Shown: positions 60,409 through 64,000 of the stretch, in pieces
Layout: every line of letters starts with the position of its first letter
Numbering within the stretch: position 1 is the first letter of the stretch
Assembly: GCA_002245135.1 (NCBI GenBank)
Contig: NGBS01000589.1
Coordinates: 1-64,000 of the forward strand
DNA length: 64,000 nucleotides
From: Proteromonas lacertae
Taxonomy: Eukaryota
Reading direction: 5' to 3'
Program-made: the position numbers and the translations under genes
The notes under the pieces: generated by a model
Told to the model about the DNA's origin: nothing
Database searches by the model: none
Seen by the model: only the letters and a program-made list of their open reading frames with translations

Positions 60409-62770
60409 CTAAGTATGAGAAGATTCTTCCATAGATAATTGAATTGAAGTATTGTTGCTATTATCATTGCTTCCTTTAGTTGTGTTACTATTATTATTAT
60501 TATTATTAGCCAATGGATTAGATGGTGAATAAATTGCACTTGAAATTCTCAAAGCTTGATTACCAAACATCGAGCCATTTCCAAAAGCACTAACAACAGG
60601 CTTTGTATTTCCTACATCTCCACCAGTAAAAATTTTAGGTGGATTAAATGGTAATAATGGTGCATTTGCAGAAGATGATGAAGCAGATGACAATATCGAG
60701 GGAGGAGATGGAGGTGGTGGTTGAGATAGAGGGAATGTATTACTATTTTTAAATAACGAATTATAATTAGTGGCATAAGATTCAGACATTGCTCTGAAAT
60801 GCGGCTTCTTCTTGAGGTTGTTGTAGTTATTATTATCTTTCATAGCCATTAATATATTACAAACATCACTTTCTTCATTATTCAAATTCATACTGCTGTT
60901 ACTGTTTTTGCCGATTATTAGATTACTATTAATATTGCTACTATTTCCTTTATATGCTGGAGAAGCAACACACCTTGAATTCCAACAGTATTTATTACCT
61001 TTTGCTATTGGTTTATTACAATATTTACACATTAACTTCATAGATGGATAATTGAAGGAATGATCATAGAAATTTCTATTCCAATTGATTGGTATTTTGG
61101 ATTTATTCATGGAATTATAATTATTTATATATTGTATAGTTTCACTATAAATTGCTTCTTTCTTTAAATCAATATTATTATTATTATTGTTGTTGTTGTT
61201 TTCATCATTACTGGGATAAGGGAGTGGATAACTATTGGATCTATTTCTCTTAACAGTTACATCACATTCTAATGAATTTCTTCTTTTTTGTTTTGGTGTT
61301 GAATTAGATGAATTATTGTTAGAGTTATTGTTATTTAATTCATTCAAAAAATCAGGTGAATTTAATACAAAACTACCATATGGCAAAGATATAATCTCTT
61401 TTGTATCAGGGTTTTGAATGATATATAATTTATCTTTTATATCTGTAACAATACCATTGCATTTTACATCATTTGATTTATATTCTACTAATTCGCCTAT
61501 CATTTCATGATCATTGTTTTTTATATCTTCTTCAGTTAAATCAGTTACTAAATCTATTTCATATCCTCTCTTCGCTATTATTACTTCTGTGAAAAATAAT
61601 TGAATTTGCACCCATCCATTACCTGTTCGCAAAATAATACCTTTTTTGTTCTTGAACTTTCCACTTTTTATTTTTGCGATTTTTCCTTTTATACTGTCAT
61701 TCATTTGACTACTTCCATTGCTGTTGTTATTATTTGAATTATCTATTGCATTTGCTGCTACTGATGCATATGTAAATGGTTGAATATCATTTGCATTATT
61801 TGGATCATGAATTATATCCATATTAGTTGCTTGGATTTTTATAATAACATTGTTACTATTTTTAATCTTAATATGATACCATGTATTTGGATGAATTGGG
61901 ATATTCACAATTTCACCCAAACATCCTATATATTCAGGGTTTCTATGTCTAGAAGTAGGTGTATCTAATATTCTGACCATTGTACCTACTGGAATCATCT
62001 TCTTTACCTGTGGAAGGTTGGTATTTAGTGGTGAACCATTAACAATTGTTGGAGGTACAGTTGATTGAGATGGTAATATATCAGCAGGAGCAGAGTTAGA
62101 ACCACCTAATAATATTCCTGTTGTTCTTTTCATGTTGTTGATACTATATATAGATTAATCAATATTAAAGATAAAGAAATACTGTGGTGAATCAAATATT
62201 TCCCCTTTATCATTGATGCTCATCAATGCAGATGGTCTGAATGTTAATATTTTACCATCACTGAATTGAACTTTATACCAAGTGTTTGGATGAACAGGTA
62301 CATCATAAATAACACCAATTTGACCTATTCTTTCTGGGTATCGCGATTCTACATTATCCGTTCTTACTATACTAACCTTGGCGCCTTTGAATAAATACTA
62401 TTGAATAAAATTATGTGAATTATGTGGTTATTATCAATACTTGAACTGAAGGACTTGAATGTACAGCTGTAGAAGATGTTAAGGACTCTGGAGACAAATC
62501 GATTGTTTTGTCATCAACCTGAACAGAGTATTTATTAGGTGAATTAACAGCATATGACTGTACTATACCATCTCTTGATTTTAATTTCAATGCTCTTACT
62601 TCTTCAGTATCGAGCAATGTTACTTTTGATCCTAGAGGGATTTGTGGTACTACTTGTACTTGAGAAGGATCTGTCGAAGGTTCATCATTGTGAGACGAAC
62701 TTATTGCTAGACTGCTAATATCCGGATGTGAGTCTACAGAAGTAGATGAAGATGTGTCTGGAGTTGTCAT
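60409..62770 (-). CDS. Protein with several KOW/SH3-like small beta-barrel repeats, a Cys cluster and Asn-rich low complexity
   Basis: GTMVRI..GEIV..HPNTWYHIK repeated (also HPNTWYKVQF in exon ~62180-62398), KIKSGKFKNKKGIILRTGNGWVQI, CKYC..CWNSRC. Confidence 0.65.
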
Positions 62771-63434
62771 ATTCGATTACTGATTAAGTTCTATTGATAT
62801 AAATATGAACATATTTGGAAAAATGCAAGATTGGAGCTAAAAGCTAGAGAAGATCTTCTTAATTTTAGAGTAAGTAGTTATATAATGAATATACATGAAA
62901 AATACAAAGACGGAGGATGAACTATAATAAATTGACTGAAAAACAAACTATTGCTAAAGAAATGAATCAAAAATCTGAGATAAAAACACTTCTTTAAAAA
63001 ACTGACAAAATTTTTAAAAAGTCAGGTGACTGATTGTATATTGATTTGTATAGTTTCTTTAGAATTTATAAATGCATTACTCAATTATGTTGCTCCATCT
63101 TATTATAATAACATTAAAAGTTTAGTTCTAAACTCGATCCTTCGTTTTTACAGCAGCAAATATAAAAAATTGTATTAACATAATGCAAATAATCAAACTT
63201 GAGAAATGAGTTCAAAATATTGTGCTTTGATATAAAGATAATTTCAACTTATATAATTTTCTTCATTTTTATTTTATGTTCCTGTTCTGCACTTGAAAGC
63301 ATTTATATCTTATTCACAATATACAGTATGAATTTTTATGGCTAGATGTTGAGATAAAAATACTAAGCTTGATAAAAGGCTTGAACATCAACATATTTCT
63401 TTTTTTCTCTTTTTGTGAATCATAGAAATAATAT

Positions 63435-64000
63435 ATGACTAAATATTCATCGTTTTTTATTTTAACAGTCTTTATTGTTTATTCCAGGCAAGCTTGTAAC
63501 AATAATTGTCAGTATTTATTTAAATGTCTATTTTGGAATAGAAATCTAGGCGTATGTGTTGAAAATAAATGTTATTGCAATGATGGAACAATTGGAGGTG
63601 ATTGTAGTAACTGTATAGCATAAAAGAATTATCTCTTTATAGTAAAATGCCCGACAGGTAAAGAATATGGTGGTGATAAAATTAAAGAATGTAGTGGTCG
63701 TGGTAAATGTGTAAAAGGTCGTTGTCAATGTTTGAGTGGTTTTAGTGGAATTAGTTGTGAAAATTTCAATTGTCCAATTCGAAATAGTAAATTATGTGGT
63801 GGTCATGGTCAATGTTTACCATTAAATGATCAATGGAAAGAAGATGATTTAGATTCAAAAAGTAAAGAATTAAAGAGTCGAATATATGGTTGTGTTTGTG
63901 GATCTGGATATAGTGGATATGATTGTAGCTTTAGTATAAATATAAATATTATTATAAAATAGAGGAATGTACATTAGGAAGATATGATAAAAATGCATTA
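63435..64000 (+). CDS. Secreted EGF/tenascin-like protein, 5' part (runs off the window)
   Basis: Signal peptide, CNNNC, CSGRGKCVKGRCQC..GFSGISCE..CP..CGGHGQC..CVCGSGYSGYDCS; short introns. Confidence 0.8.

Noticed and set aside
1496..61968. Many short antisense or nested ORFs in the track (e.g. 3233..3616, 35850..36155, 38739..38963, 42530..43036)
   Set aside because: Shadows of real genes on the opposite strand or in another frame, with compositions expected from AT-rich or repetitive coding sequence

Overview
Very AT-rich eukaryotic DNA, standard genetic code, with tiny GT-AG introns (mostly ~26-50 nt). The intron size and gene set suggest a Blastocystis/Opalinata-like stramenopile protist; this is inference only. 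The first ~25.5 kb is a mobile-DNA zone with four parts: (1) the end of an intronless Polinton/Maverick-like (virus-like) element with a frameshifted pPolB N-terminal region, a retroviral-type integrase and several orphan ORFs; (2) a ~10.5 kb foldback-type Mutator (MULE) element whose inverted arms are arrays of a 121-bp repeat (~37 and ~20 copies) around an intact transposase-SWIM-Ulp1 protease ORF; (3) a decayed periplasmic-binding-protein-like gene; (4) an intron-containing Ginger/Tdd-like integrase that also ends in a Ulp1 protease. The rest is compact host sequence: XRN2, a solitary 5S rRNA, GGTase-I beta, Maf, two HSFs, calnexin, an IQ protein, a Gly-rich secreted protein, PKG, a multi-RGS protein, POC1, a giant EGF/mastigoneme-like repeat protein, TM9SF, a nucleoplasmin-like FKBP, a KOW-like protein and the start of another EGF protein. 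The most unusual items are two adjacent TGTTG..CAACA hairpin MITEs with 5-bp TSDs that share an invariant 18-nt motif with tRNA 3'-end geometry at the hairpin apex, a structured box C/D RNA candidate in the one long calnexin intron, and Ulp1 proteases on two unrelated transposases.
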